Shown here: in pieces, positions 49,134 through 59,318 of the stretch
How the letters are laid out: each line of letters begins with the position of its first letter
How positions within the stretch are numbered: the first letter of the stretch is position 1
NCBI GenBank assembly: GCA_947085465.1
Contig: CAMTWQ010000015.1
Span: 1,201 to 65,200 of the forward strand
Direction: 5' to 3'
Length of the DNA: 64,000 nt
Source of the DNA: an uncultured Alphaproteobacteria bacterium
GTDB lineage: Bacteria > Pseudomonadota > Alphaproteobacteria > UBA11222
Notes under the pieces: model-generated
What the model saw: the letters and a program-made list of their open reading frames with translations, nothing else
Databases searched by the model: none
Told to the model about the DNA's origin: nothing
Made by a program: the position numbers and the translations under genes

Positions 49134-50224
49134 ATTGGCGCAATAATCCGGTTAGCGAACATTTGCGCCGTTTGATTGTCGCGCAGGGACCTGTTTCGCT
49201 CGCCAGCTATATGCACTTGGCGCTTAGCTATCCCTCGCACGGCTATTATATGCGCCAGGACCCCATTGGCGCCGGGGGCGGCTTTATTACCGCTCCGGAA
49301 ATCAGCCAGATATTTGGCGAGCTGATTGGCCTGTGGTGCGTGCAATGCTGGAACGATATGGGCAAGCCGGCGCCATTTGCGCTAGTTGAGTTGGGGCCAG
49401 GACGCGGCACATTAATGGTGGACGCCTTGCGCGCGGCCAAGGTAATGCCGGATTTTTTGATGGCGGCGCAGGTGCATTTAGTTGAAACCAGCCCGTCACT
49501 ACAGGCAAAACAGCAAGCGGCGCTGGGCGACCTGCCGTGCTGGCATCAGAGCGTGGACTCGCTCCCGGAACTGCCCACCCTGATTATAGCCAATGAATTT
49601 TTTGACGCGCTTCCGATCCGTCAGTTTCAATGCATGGGCAAAGCATGGCGCGAGCGGATGATTAGTATTAATTCGGTGACGGATGAATTTTGTTTTTGCC
49701 TTGCCCCGGAACCATTGCTTGACGTTTCCGTTCTGCCGCAGGAATTGCGCGGCGGACAACAGGGCGCCATTGCAGAAATTAGCCCGACGGGCCAGGCCAT
49801 CCTCAGCGGATTGGCGCAGCGCATTATGCAATATGGCGGCGCGGCGCTGATCATTGACTATGGCTATTTCCCAAGTGCGGCGGGTGATACGTTGCAGGCG
49901 GTGCGCGCGCACGGCATGTGCGATCCGCTTGCGGATCCAGGAAGCGCCGACATCACCGCGCATGTGGACTTTGCGCAGTTGGCACAGACGGCGATTCAGG
50001 CCGGCGCGCGCGTTCATGGCCCAGTTCCCCAGGAGGCATTTCTGGCGCAGTTAGGAATTACCGCGCGCGCAGAACGCTTATCGCGCGAGGCAGACGCGGA
50101 TCTGCGCACCCAGATTGCGGCGGATGTTGCGCGCTTGACGTCGCCAGACGCCATGGGCAGCCTGTTCAAAGTCATGGCGATCAACCATCCGGCAATGTCA
50201 ACGCCAGCCGGCTTTGAAAGTTGA
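49130..50224 (+). CDS. class I SAM-dependent methyltransferase, NDUFAF7/MidA (DUF185) family
   Basis: It has [18 protein letters not shown] and [12 protein letters not shown]. Confidence 0.75.
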   Translation: MNWRNNPVSEHLRRLIVAQGPVSLASYMHLALSYPSHGYYMRQDPIGAGGGFITAPEISQIFGELIGLWCVQCWNDMGKPAPFALVELGPGRGTLMVDALRAAKVMPDFLMAAQVHLVETSPSLQAKQQAALGDLPCWHQSVDSLPELPTLIIANEFFDALPIRQFQCMGKAWRERMISINSVTDEFCFCLAPEPLLDVSVLPQELRGGQQGAIAEISPTGQAILSGLAQRIMQYGGAALIIDYGYFPSAAGDTLQAVRAHGMCDPLADPGSADITAHVDFAQLAQTAIQAGARVHGPVPQEAFLAQLGITARAERLSREADADLRTQIAADVARLTSPDAMGSLFKVMAINHPAMSTPAGFES

Positions 50225-50227
50225 TCC

Positions 50228-51007
50228 ATGCTCAAATTAGAACGCCTCACCGCCCAACGCCTGCTGCAAAGCGCCCATGTGCGGCATGGATTCTTCACGC
50301 GCCAGGGTGGTTTCTCAACCGGCATTTATGACTCTTTGAACTGCGGCTTGGGCTCAAAGGATGATCCCGAAAATGTGCGGCGTAACCGCGCCAGGGTTAG
50401 CGCTGCATTTGGCGCAAAGGAAATTATCCTTGCCGGCGTGCGGCAGGAGCATGGTTCAGGGGTGCATGTGATCAACGATCATGAACAGGCGGCGCTCCGC
50501 CCAATGGCGGATGGGCTTGTCACCAGCCTGCCGGGTATTGGCTTGTCAATCCTTGCAGCGGATTGCGCGCCGGTGCTGTTTGCTGATCCGCAGGCGCGCA
50601 TCATCGGCGCAGCGCATGCAGGCTGGAAAGGCGCGCTGGGGGGGATTTGTGAGGCGGTTGTAGAGGAAATGGTAAAGCTGGGCGCCACGCCTGGCGCCAT
50701 AGAAACCGCCATCGGCCCTTGCATCTCACGGGACGCCTATGAGGTCGGGGCGGATTTTGAGCGCAATTTCTTAGAGCGTGACTCTGCGAGCGGGTGCTTT
50801 TTTACCCCCTCGGCAAAGCCGGACAAGCGTCAATTCGCGCTTGGTTCTTATGTGAGTGAGCGTATATCACGCGCAGGATTGGATCCTGCCGAAAACCTTA
50901 ACTTATGCACTTACGGAGATGCACAGCGGTTTTTTAGTTTCCGCCGCGCCACCCATCTGGGGGAGAAAGATTATGGCCGCGCGATTTCCGTTATCCTTCT
51001 GGCATAG
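50228..51007 (+). CDS. pgeF: peptidoglycan editing factor PgeF (YfiH/laccase-domain family)
   Basis: It has ADCAPVLF, AHAGWKGALGG and GPCI motifs. Confidence 0.8.
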   Translation: MLKLERLTAQRLLQSAHVRHGFFTRQGGFSTGIYDSLNCGLGSKDDPENVRRNRARVSAAFGAKEIILAGVRQEHGSGVHVINDHEQAALRPMADGLVTSLPGIGLSILAADCAPVLFADPQARIIGAAHAGWKGALGGICEAVVEEMVKLGATPGAIETAIGPCISRDAYEVGADFERNFLERDSASGCFFTPSAKPDKRQFALGSYVSERISRAGLDPAENLNLCTYGDAQRFFSFRRATHLGEKDYGRAISVILLA

Positions 51008-51883
51008 ATGCAAAATATAGTGGGCGCATATTTCCTGTATTTCATCCGTCTACTGATTGTTTCCGCAATTCCTGGGCTAGCGGGGTGCGTCACGTCGTAT
51101 ACGAATCCGGTGATGCCCAAGGAACCGGAGAGGTTATCCCAAATCACTGCCCATACCGGGGTGCGTGTTGGTCCTATTGACGGCGTTCCGGCGGAGTTTG
51201 GCCACGTGCTCGCGCAAGCCGTCAGCGCGGCGTTGCGCGAGTTGGATATCCCGGCAATTGCCGCGCCCGGCGTGATGCCTGGGGCGCATGGGCTGGCGGG
51301 AAAAGCGGTTCAGGAGCCAAATGCGTTAAGCGTGACATGGACGCTCACTGGCCCGGATGAAAAGCCCGTGGCGGAATATACCTTGCGTGAAACTGTCCAT
51401 CTCGCGGCCCTGGCGGATGATCCGGCTCTGAAGGCGTTGGCGGAACGCGCGGCGCTGGCCATCGTTCCATATTTTAACACGGCCGGCGGCAATGCTTTGG
51501 ACGCGACCACTGTATGGGTGCGCGCTATTTCAGGCGCCCCAGGCGATGGGGATGTTGTCCTGCCCCAGGCGCTGCGCCGGGCCCTCACCAGCGCCGGGGT
51601 CAACGTGATTAAAACCGATGATCCAAAAGCGGTGCAGATTGAGGGACGGGTACAGGTGAGCGATCTCAACGCCTCGGCGCAGCTGCTCAAATTGTCATGG
51701 CGGGTGCTGGGGCCCGGCGGTGAGGAAATTGGTGTGATTGATCAGGAAAACCAGGTGGCGCCTGGCCAAATCGACACCCATTGGGGTGAGATCGCCTATC
51801 TGGCTGCCGATGGGGCCAAGGACGGCATCATTGATCTGCTCAGTGAGTACCGGGCGCACGCGAATCCCTCACCGCCGCCGTGA
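51008..51883 (+). CDS. hypothetical lipoprotein
   Basis: It has the lipobox IPGLAGC. I recognise no family motif. Confidence 0.5.
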   Translation: MQNIVGAYFLYFIRLLIVSAIPGLAGCVTSYTNPVMPKEPERLSQITAHTGVRVGPIDGVPAEFGHVLAQAVSAALRELDIPAIAAPGVMPGAHGLAGKAVQEPNALSVTWTLTGPDEKPVAEYTLRETVHLAALADDPALKALAERAALAIVPYFNTAGGNALDATTVWVRAISGAPGDGDVVLPQALRRALTSAGVNVIKTDDPKAVQIEGRVQVSDLNASAQLLKLSWRVLGPGGEEIGVIDQENQVAPGQIDTHWGEIAYLAADGAKDGIIDLLSEYRAHANPSPPP

Positions 51884-52002
51884 ACCCTAGAGCAGCCCTA
51901 GTTTTGCTCAAATCCGGTTTTGCGCTGTGCTAAGCGTTTACAAATGCGCCCCCGGCAAGTTAAAAGCAGGGCCATCATCATCCGGCAAGAATGGGCGTGC
52001 GC

Positions 52003-52935
52003 ATGAAGCTGCTAGCGGGCAATAGTAATAAACCCCTGGCCAAGGCCGTCGCGGATTTTTTGCACCTGCCCTTGACCATGGCCAGCGTGCGGCGGTTCGC
52101 AGACATGGAAGTGTTTGTGGAAATTCAGGAAAATGTGCGCGGCGAAGACGTGTTCATTATTCAATCCACCTCGTTTCCGGCGAACGACCATATGATGGAA
52201 TTGCTGATTTGCATCGATGCGCTGCGGCGTGCTTCCGCCAGGCGCATTACGGCGGTGATTCCGTATTTCGGCTATGCGCGCCAGGACCGCAAATCAGGGC
52301 CGCGCACCCCGATTTCCGCCAAGCTGGTCGCCAATCTAATTACCACCGCAGGCGCCAACCGGGTGCTGACGGTTGATCTGCATGCGGGACAAATTCAGGG
52401 CTTTTTTGATATCCCCACAGATAACCTGTTCGCCGCCCCTGTTTTGGTGCGTGACATCAAGCAGCAATTTGGCAACGCCAGCCTAGTGATGGTGTCGCCG
52501 GATGTGGGCGGCGTGGTGCGCGCCCGGGCGCTGGCGCGGCGGCTGGACGCGGATCTGGCGATTGTTGACAAACGCCGGGAGCGGGCAGGCGAATCCGAAG
52601 TCATGAACATTATTGGCGAAGTGGAGGGGCGCACCTGCATTTTGATCGACGATATGGCCGATTCGGCGGGCACCCTGTGTAACGCGGCGCAGGCCCTGAA
52701 AAACGCTGGCGCGCTTGGGGTTTACGCCTACGCCACGCATGGGGTTCTGTCGGGTGGTGCAGCAGACCGGGTGGCGGCCTCGCAGATCGAAAGCCTGGTG
52801 ATCACCGATACAATAGCGCCAACCGAAGCGGTGCTGGGCGCCGCCAATATCCGCTGCCTATCGATTGTGCCGCTGATTGGGGAGGCGATTCAGCGTATTT
52901 CCGAGGAAAAATCGGTCTCGACCTTATTTGATTAG
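52003..52935 (+). CDS. prs: ribose-phosphate pyrophosphokinase
   Basis: The start is MKLLAGNSN, and [14 protein letters not shown] and [10 protein letters not shown] are present. Confidence 0.95.
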   Translation: MKLLAGNSNKPLAKAVADFLHLPLTMASVRRFADMEVFVEIQENVRGEDVFIIQSTSFPANDHMMELLICIDALRRASARRITAVIPYFGYARQDRKSGPRTPISAKLVANLITTAGANRVLTVDLHAGQIQGFFDIPTDNLFAAPVLVRDIKQQFGNASLVMVSPDVGGVVRARALARRLDADLAIVDKRRERAGESEVMNIIGEVEGRTCILIDDMADSAGTLCNAAQALKNAGALGVYAYATHGVLSGGAADRVAASQIESLVITDTIAPTEAVLGAANIRCLSIVPLIGEAIQRISEEKSVSTLFD

Positions 52936-53085
52936 TCTGAGCGGGTTGCCAAGCTGGCCTGCCTGCGCTACAACCCGGCCCCAGAACGCCGCCCTTTTTC
53001 GTGCTCCACGGGTACGGAATTAACCCATAGATATCAACCGTGCGCGCAAGGGATTACCCGGCGGCACGATCAGCGAGCAAACAGC

Positions 53086-53733
53086 ATGGCCGAGATCGAA
53101 ACAATCGTTGCGCAAAAACGCGACCGGGCGGGCAAGGGCGGAGCCCGCGCCACGCGGCGTGAGGGGAGAGTTCCTGGCGTGATTTACGGCGGTAAAGAGC
53201 CGCCAACCATGATCGCGCTTGATTCCCCGATGTTGATCAAGGTGCTAAAGCGCGGCGGCTTTATGAGCCATCAGTTCATGATTGATCTGGGCGAAGGCTC
53301 GACGGTGCGTGTCATACCCCGCGATCTGCAACTTGATGTCGTGCGGGATTTTCCGCTGCATGTGGATTTTCTGCGCCTGGTCAAGGGCTCCAGCATCCAC
53401 GTTCAGATACCGGTGCGCTTCACAGGTGATGCAGTATCGCCCGGCATCAAACGTGGCGGCGTCCTGAATATTGTGCGTCACGAAGTGGAACTGGTGTGCC
53501 CCATTGATTCGATTCCGGAATTCTTGATGTGCGACATTAGTGATCTCGATATCAATGGCAGTGTGCATATCTCGGCGCTTGTGCTGCCTGAAGGGGTGCA
53601 TCCCGCCATCATGGATCGCGATTTCACCATCGCCACGCTTGCCCCGCCGACGGTTGCCGAAGTAGAGACGCCAGTGGTTCCGGCAGCAGTGGCGGCTCCA
53701 GCAACTCCTGCTGCGGGCGGCGAGAAAAAGTAG
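53086..53733 (+). CDS. rplY: 50S ribosomal protein L25 / general stress protein Ctc
   Basis: It has GKGGARATRREGRVPGVIYG and a C-terminal Ala/Pro tail. Confidence 0.9.
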   Translation: MAEIETIVAQKRDRAGKGGARATRREGRVPGVIYGGKEPPTMIALDSPMLIKVLKRGGFMSHQFMIDLGEGSTVRVIPRDLQLDVVRDFPLHVDFLRLVKGSSIHVQIPVRFTGDAVSPGIKRGGVLNIVRHEVELVCPIDSIPEFLMCDISDLDINGSVHISALVLPEGVHPAIMDRDFTIATLAPPTVAEVETPVVPAAVAAPATPAAGGEKK

Positions 53734-53759
53734 GCTTGTATCTTTCCACCGAACCTTCC

Positions 53760-53909
53760 TAGACCATTTCCTGATTGGATTGAATCAATCCGTTCAGGAT
53801 AAAAATGGCCTAATACATTAATTTAGAGCCTTTCTTATCCTGTCAGGTTGGTCTCGCCACGGCGAAGCCGTAGGCGTAGCCGGGTCAACCTGACAGGGAA
53901 AGGCTCTGG
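53760..53909. repeat. composite hairpin repeat (degenerate C unit, linker, D unit with a loop insertion)
   Basis: The C-like unit is tagaccatttcctgattggattgaatcaatccgttcagg...ggccta. The linker is atacattaatt. The D-like unit tagagcctttcttatcctgtcaggttg...caacctgacagggaaaggctctgg has about 34 nt of nested hairpin in its loop. Confidence 0.8.
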
Positions 53910-53965
53910 CTGCCCGGCAAACAGAACTGCTTTAGCTTGCAAAGATCAGGCTTAGGAACGCAATC

Positions 53966-54598
53966 ATGCTGTTATTGGCAGGGCTCGGAAATCCGGGCGC
54001 GAAATACGCCTGCAACCGGCATAATGCGGGCTTTATGGCGGTTGACGCCATTTGTGATCGCTATCAGCTTGCGCCCGAGAGGCGTCGGTTTCAGGGCCTT
54101 GCCCGTGATGGGTTGATAGCTGGCGTCAAAATCGTTGTGCTGAAGCCGCAAACATTCATGAATGAATCGGGCCGTGCTGTCGGCGAAGCAATGCGGTTTT
54201 TCAAACTCACGCCAGGCGATGTGGTGGTGTTTCACGACGAACTTGATCTCGCGCCAGGCAAGCTGCGCATCAAGCTTGGCGGCGGGCACGCGGGGCATAA
54301 TGGGCTGCGCTCGATTGATACGCATATTGGCCCTGACTATCGCCGCGTGCGCATCGGCATCGGCCATCCCGGAGCGCAACATAAGGTCATGCCGCATGTG
54401 CTCAGCGATTTCAGCAAGGCGGACGCCGCGTGGCTTGATCCATTACTGGCGGCCATAGCGGAATATACGCCGTATCTCATGCGCGGCGAAGATGCCGAAT
54501 TTCAAAGCCGGATCGCGGCAAAACTTAATCCCAATCCGCCGCGCAATTCGCCAGCCTCCGCCAGTCTGACAGAGGAGCGCGGCCCAAATGGGATTTAA
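53966..54598 (+). CDS. pth: peptidyl-tRNA hydrolase
   Basis: It has MLLLAGLGNPGAKYACNRHNAGF and GHNGLRS. Confidence 0.95.
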   Translation: MLLLAGLGNPGAKYACNRHNAGFMAVDAICDRYQLAPERRRFQGLARDGLIAGVKIVVLKPQTFMNESGRAVGEAMRFFKLTPGDVVVFHDELDLAPGKLRIKLGGGHAGHNGLRSIDTHIGPDYRRVRIGIGHPGAQHKVMPHVLSDFSKADAAWLDPLLAAIAEYTPYLMRGEDAEFQSRIAAKLNPNPPRNSPASASLTEERGPNGI

Positions 54599-55685
54599 GT
54601 GCGGCATCGTGGGCCTGCCGAATGTCGGAAAATCAACTCTGTTCAACGCGCTGACAGAAACCGCCGCCGCCGAGGCCGCCAACTATCCGTTCTGCACGAT
54701 TGAACCGAATGTGGGCGATGTGCCGGTGCCGGACCCGCGTCTCGATAAACTGGCGGCAATTGCAAAATCGGCCAAGATACTGCCAACACGCCTGTCATTC
54801 GTGGATATTGCCGGGCTGGTGCGCGGCGCCTCGAAGGGCGAAGGTCTGGGCAATCAGTTCCTGTCGCATATCCGTCAGGTGGACGCGATCATTCATGTGC
54901 TGCGCTGTTTTGAAGACCCCAATGTCACCCATGTCGATGGCAAGATTGATCCCATCGCGGACGCTGAAACCGTTGAAACCGAATTGATGCTGTCGGATAT
55001 GGAAAGCCTAGAGCGGCGCGTCGATACGGCGCGCAAAAAAGCCGCCGGCAAAGATAAAGAATCCCTGGCGATGCTGGCGGTGATGGAGCCGGCCCTTGAA
55101 GCGCTGCGCGAAGGACGCCCGGCGCGCACCGCCGTCATTGCCGATGATCTGCGCGAGCGCTTTGCGCAGTTAGGGCTGATTACCGCAAAACCGGTGCTGT
55201 ATGTGTGCAATGTGGCCGAGTCCGACGCCGCCAGCGGCAATAAATACAGCCAGGCGGTCGAGACAAAGGCCAAAGCAGAGAATGCCGCGATGATCGTGGT
55301 TTCGGCGGCGATTGAGGCCGAGGTGGCGGCACTGCCCAAAGATGAGCGGGTGGAGTTTCTGGCAACCATTGGACTTGCGGAAACCGGCCTGGCCCGGGTG
55401 ATTTTTGCTGGCTATGCGCTGCTGGATTTGGTCACCTTCTTCACCGTCGGCCCAAAGGAAACCCGCGCCTGGACCGTGCCGCGCGGCGCCAAGGCCCCGC
55501 AGTCCGCAGGCGTCATTCACACAGACTTCGAAAAAGGCTTCATCCGGGCCGAGACCATCGGTTACGATGACTATATCGCCTGTAATGGCGAAGCGGGCGC
55601 CAAGGATGCGGGTAAAATGCGGCTGGAAGGCAAGGAATATGTGGTGCGCGACGGCGACGTGCTGCATTTCCGGTTTGCGAATTAA
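54588..55685 (+). CDS. ychF: redox-regulated ATPase YchF
   Basis: It begins MGFKCGIVGLPNVGKSTLFNALT and ends ...VRDGDVLHFRFA. Confidence 0.95.
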   Translation: MGFKCGIVGLPNVGKSTLFNALTETAAAEAANYPFCTIEPNVGDVPVPDPRLDKLAAIAKSAKILPTRLSFVDIAGLVRGASKGEGLGNQFLSHIRQVDAIIHVLRCFEDPNVTHVDGKIDPIADAETVETELMLSDMESLERRVDTARKKAAGKDKESLAMLAVMEPALEALREGRPARTAVIADDLRERFAQLGLITAKPVLYVCNVAESDAASGNKYSQAVETKAKAENAAMIVVSAAIEAEVAALPKDERVEFLATIGLAETGLARVIFAGYALLDLVTFFTVGPKETRAWTVPRGAKAPQSAGVIHTDFEKGFIRAETIGYDDYIACNGEAGAKDAGKMRLEGKEYVVRDGDVLHFRFAN

Positions 55686-55697
55686 ACAGGAGGGATA

Positions 55698-56165
55698 ATG
55701 CCTGAAATAAAATATTACTGGGAAGATTTTGCGCCCGGCGAAATGGCGCAATTTGGCGAATACCACGTCACCAAAGAAGAAATCATCGAATTCGCCAGCG
55801 AATATGATCCACAGCTCATGCATATTGATGAAGAGGCGGCGAAGAAAACATTTATCGGTGGATTGTGCGCCAGCGGCTGGCATACCTGCGCCATGGCGAT
55901 GCGCATGATGTGCGATCATTATTTGCTCGAATCCGCGGGCATGGGTTCGCCAGGGCTGGATGAAAGCAAATGGCGCGCGCCGGTGCGGCCTGGTGATATT
56001 TTATCCATTACCCGCGAATGTCTGGAGCGCCGCGCGTCACAATCGCGCCCTGAAATGGGGCTGACCCGGTTCCGGCACACCATGCGTAATCAGCATGGCG
56101 AAGTGAAGATGATTATTGAAGGCAACCTGATGTTCGCGCGCCGCCATCCCGGCGCGGAGGCGTAA
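55698..56165 (+). CDS. MaoC-family (hot-dog) dehydratase
   Basis: The protein is 155 aa, contains EFASEYDPQLMHIDEE, and has a paired paralog downstream. Confidence 0.7.
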   Translation: MPEIKYYWEDFAPGEMAQFGEYHVTKEEIIEFASEYDPQLMHIDEEAAKKTFIGGLCASGWHTCAMAMRMMCDHYLLESAGMGSPGLDESKWRAPVRPGDILSITRECLERRASQSRPEMGLTRFRHTMRNQHGEVKMIIEGNLMFARRHPGAEA

Positions 56166-56168
56166 GCC

Positions 56169-56663
56169 ATGGCGAATTGGCTGGAAGATATCGAACTGGG
56201 CAACCGCATCGAGCTTGGCGGATGGGTGATGGATGAAGCCGAAATGATCGCCTTCGCGCGCAAATATGATCCGCAGCCATTTCATATTGATCCGGTGGCT
56301 GCGGGCGCATCGCATTTTGGCGGCATCATCGCCAGCGGCTGGTTCACCGTCGCCTGCTGGATGCGCGCAATGATCCGCCAGCGCAATGAGCAGATGTTGA
56401 AATATCAGCCCGTCCGCGATGAGGGGCCGGGGCCAAAGCCGCAGAACGGCCCCTCGCCCGGCTTTATCAATATGCAATGGCCAACGCCGGTGCGCCCAGG
56501 CGACGTGCTTACGTTTTCCGCCACCACGGCTGAAAAACTTCTGATGAAATCGCGCCCGGGATGGGGCATCATTCGTAGCACCAACCAGGGTGTAAACCAA
56601 AGAGGCGAACTCGTGCTGAGCTTTACCGGCCAGGGCATGGTGACGAGCAAGCCGCAATCATAA
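56169..56663 (+). CDS. MaoC-family (hot-dog) dehydratase
   Basis: The protein is 164 aa and contains FARKYDPQPFHIDP. Confidence 0.7.
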   Translation: MANWLEDIELGNRIELGGWVMDEAEMIAFARKYDPQPFHIDPVAAGASHFGGIIASGWFTVACWMRAMIRQRNEQMLKYQPVRDEGPGPKPQNGPSPGFINMQWPTPVRPGDVLTFSATTAEKLLMKSRPGWGIIRSTNQGVNQRGELVLSFTGQGMVTSKPQS

Positions 56664-56679
56664 CAGGGAGGAACACACG

Positions 56680-57363
56680 ATGGCGCATCTGGGAAAAATG
56701 ATCTCACTAAAAAGCGGCGACGGGGCAGCGATTGAGTATTACCATGTGGAGGCGCAGGGCGCGCGCAAGGGCGGCCTGGTCTGCGTGATGGAAATTTTCG
56801 GCGTCACCGATCACATCAAGGATGTCTGCGACGCCTGGGCGAAAGACGGGCTGGAGGTGGTTTCGCCCGCTCTCTATGACCGGGTGGAAAAAAACTTTCA
56901 GGCCGACTATTCGCCGGACGCCATTCAAAAGGGCCTCGCCCTGCGCGCCAAGACCAGCACCGAAAACAATATCCAGGATGTGCAGGCTGGCATTGATTAT
57001 CTGAAGGGCCGCAATGCGGGCCCCGTCTATGTCACCGGCTATTGCTATGGCGGCACGATCGTCTGGGTGGCGGCAAGCCGCTGCACCGGGCTTTCCGCAG
57101 CAGCCGGTTATTATGGCGGCGGCATCGGCGATTACATCACCGAAAAACCCAAATGCCCGACCATTCTGCATTTCGGCGAACATGACAAAGGCATCCCCAT
57201 GCCATTGGTGCGCAAGATCGAGGCGGCGCACCCGGCTGTTGGCGTCTATGTCTATGACGCCGGGCACGGCTTTCAGTCAGACAGGCGCACTGATTATAAC
57301 GAGGCCTGCGCCAAGCTGGCGAAACAGCGCAGTCTGGAGCTGTTCGAGGCGAATAAGGGGTAG
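56680..57363 (+). CDS. dienelactone hydrolase family protein
   Basis: It has GVTDHIKD, the nucleophile context GYCYGG, and a C-terminal YDAGHGF. Confidence 0.75.
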   Translation: MAHLGKMISLKSGDGAAIEYYHVEAQGARKGGLVCVMEIFGVTDHIKDVCDAWAKDGLEVVSPALYDRVEKNFQADYSPDAIQKGLALRAKTSTENNIQDVQAGIDYLKGRNAGPVYVTGYCYGGTIVWVAASRCTGLSAAAGYYGGGIGDYITEKPKCPTILHFGEHDKGIPMPLVRKIEAAHPAVGVYVYDAGHGFQSDRRTDYNEACAKLAKQRSLELFEANKG

Positions 57364-57380
57364 AGTGAGATGCAGTTAGA

Positions 57381-57677
57381 TTAAGTCAGCGGCCAATGTC
57401 GCGTGACTGTTTCGCGCCCGGCGTCGGTCAGGCGGCAAACCAGCCAATCGGGTTTCAGCGGGTTGGAGAACCAATGCTCGGCCCAGCCCTTTTCGATGCA
57501 GGCATTAACAATGTCTGCGCTCACCTCCTGGCCGCGCCGGTCAAATAGCGGCAGCTTGCCACCCGGCTGATCAAGGCCCCGGCGCAGGTAGGTGAGCTCG
57601 GCGCGCGCCGGTGCGGCCCCGCCGCTATAACGATTGTTGTATGAGGTTTGTGGGTTATCCATCACGGAGCCATACAC
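57381..57677 (-). CDS. hypothetical protein
   Basis: This is a 98-aa ORF with coding-like composition that lies between convergent genes. I recognise no motif. The start could instead be Met6 (57662). Confidence 0.4.
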   Translation of the reverse strand: MYGSVMDNPQTSYNNRYSGGAAPARAELTYLRRGLDQPGGKLPLFDRRGQEVSADIVNACIEKGWAEHWFSNPLKPDWLVCRLTDAGRETVTRHWPLT

Positions 57678-57680
57678 TAC

Positions 57681-58352
57681 CTATTCTTGAGTGGCGGGGT
57701 GTTTGGTTTGCGCGTCAATTTCACGTAATGACCACTCTACTGAGCGGCGCAACACCTTGCCCAGTGTTTCATCGAAGTCCTCAACTATAGCGGTGATTTC
57801 TTTACCAGACGCTAATTCGGTGCGCTCAAAAGTTTGCGAAGCCACGATGCGCGCGTCCGGCATCTTAATAAGCTTAACGCTCAGCCTGATATGGATATCC
57901 GGCATGGCGCCCATCTTGAAATACTCCGCCTGAAATTCCCGCAACTCGCTTTTGATGACAAAATCGGATCGCAGGCCAATCGATTGCCGCCCTACAGCAA
58001 CAATTTTGCCGGTGTTTTCAAACGATTCGATCATCAAGGTCTGCACCATTTTCGGCGCCCGGTCGGACCAGCGGGAACCGGCGAAATATTTGATTTCGAT
58101 GGGTCTGGGGCGCAGGGCGATACGGTCTGAATCGATGCCGCGCGCAGCGACCGGCTCCTCAATAATTAATTGCGCCTTAATGACGGGTAATTCCTTATCA
58201 AACGTGTTTTTTGGCGACAAATCATAGATCACGGGCGCGGGTCCAGACCCAGGAAGGCTCAACAACCCGCAGCCTGGAAGTCCAAGCCCAAACGTGAGAA
58301 CCGTAAGCACTGCAATCGCTCGCCGCATCTGTAAATCTGGCCAGATGTTCAT
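57681..58352 (-). CDS. ABC-transport auxiliary lipoprotein (DUF330, YmbA/PqiC-like)
   Basis: It has the lipobox GLGLPGC and is the last gene of the Mce/Mla-type operon. Confidence 0.65.
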   Translation of the reverse strand: MNIWPDLQMRRAIAVLTVLTFGLGLPGCGLLSLPGSGPAPVIYDLSPKNTFDKELPVIKAQLIIEEPVAARGIDSDRIALRPRPIEIKYFAGSRWSDRAPKMVQTLMIESFENTGKIVAVGRQSIGLRSDFVIKSELREFQAEYFKMGAMPDIHIRLSVKLIKMPDARIVASQTFERTELASGKEITAIVEDFDETLGKVLRRSVEWSLREIDAQTKHPATQE

Positions 58353-59314
58353 TGCGGCTGATATTCCGATGCCGATGTGCCGAGGAAAAATCGCGCCGGA
58401 TCGCTCTCCATGCGCTGGGCGACCCGGTCAAGGGTGGTCACGAGTTGCCGCGCCTCGACCACAAAGGACGCGAATTCGCGCAGCCCCTTATCGCCAAAAT
58501 TGTTAATTGCGGGCTTATTATCCTTTAAAATGCTCTGCATTTCATCCGCCATCGCGCCAAACGAACGCGCCGTGCCGCCCGCATCGGCAAGCAGTTTGCG
58601 CACGTCTTTGTCAAGGGTTGCCTCTGCCGTAACCGCCAGGCGATCAAGGCGCGCCGTAAGCGCATTAATATTGGCGGATACCTCTGACAGATCGCGGCTC
58701 ATTTTGCCGCTATTCTTGATTACCTCTTCGATATCAGCGCTGCGTTTAGCTATGCTGCCGCTAACGCTTTCAACATTGTTCAAAATGTTTGCGAGCGAGG
58801 TGCGGTTTTGCTCATCCACCAGCATCGACAGGCGTTCGATCAACAGCCCTGCATTCTCGACTAAACGCGGCGCGCCCGCGAACAATTCCTCCAGGCTTGA
58901 TTTTCCCGCAGGGATCATCGCCACATCCTGCCCCGCTTGCGGGGTTAGCGGTTTGCCATCAATCCCGCTGCCCTGAATTTGCACGAACAGCACTCCGGTA
59001 ATGCCAAAAAACTCCAGGCTCGCATTTGTCGTAGTATAAACTGGCGTGTTGGCGTCAACTTCAATCCGTACCCGGACGAATTTAGGGTCTTTCTCATAGA
59101 TCTTGATTTCTTTGACCTGGCCCACCCGCACGCCCTTATAACGCACGTCGCCCGCAACGCTCAGCCCGGTTACAGAGCCTTCGAATAAAATATCATAAAA
59201 GGCAAAGCGCTGGTCGATCTCAATTTTGGCAAGCCATAAAACGAACAGCATCGCGCCGAGGATCACCGCAAGCGTGAAGCCGCCGATCAAGATATGGTTG
59301 GCGCGGGTTTCCAT
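58349..59314 (-). CDS. MlaD/MCE-family substrate-binding protein
   Basis: It has an N-terminal TM anchor, the MCE-domain sequence GLSVAGDVRYKGVRVGQVKEI, and a helical C-terminus. Confidence 0.75.
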   Translation of the reverse strand: METRANHILIGGFTLAVILGAMLFVLWLAKIEIDQRFAFYDILFEGSVTGLSVAGDVRYKGVRVGQVKEIKIYEKDPKFVRVRIEVDANTPVYTTTNASLEFFGITGVLFVQIQGSGIDGKPLTPQAGQDVAMIPAGKSSLEELFAGAPRLVENAGLLIERLSMLVDEQNRTSLANILNNVESVSGSIAKRSADIEEVIKNSGKMSRDLSEVSANINALTARLDRLAVTAEATLDKDVRKLLADAGGTARSFGAMADEMQSILKDNKPAINNFGDKGLREFASFVVEARQLVTTLDRVAQRMESDPARFFLGTSASEYQPQ

Positions 59315-59318
59315 ATAT

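Noticed and set aside
55170-55919. A 249-aa ORF lies antisense to ychF. Similar long antisense or overlapping ORFs occur at 56037-56657, 56707-57267, 60901-61821, 61614-62303, 11570-12265, 36367-36885, 31802-32431 and 49499-50017.
   Set aside because: Each lies entirely opposite or out of frame to a gene with clear family motifs. Their products are Arg/Ala/Gly/Pro-rich with no motifs. Such shadow ORFs are expected in GC-rich DNA.
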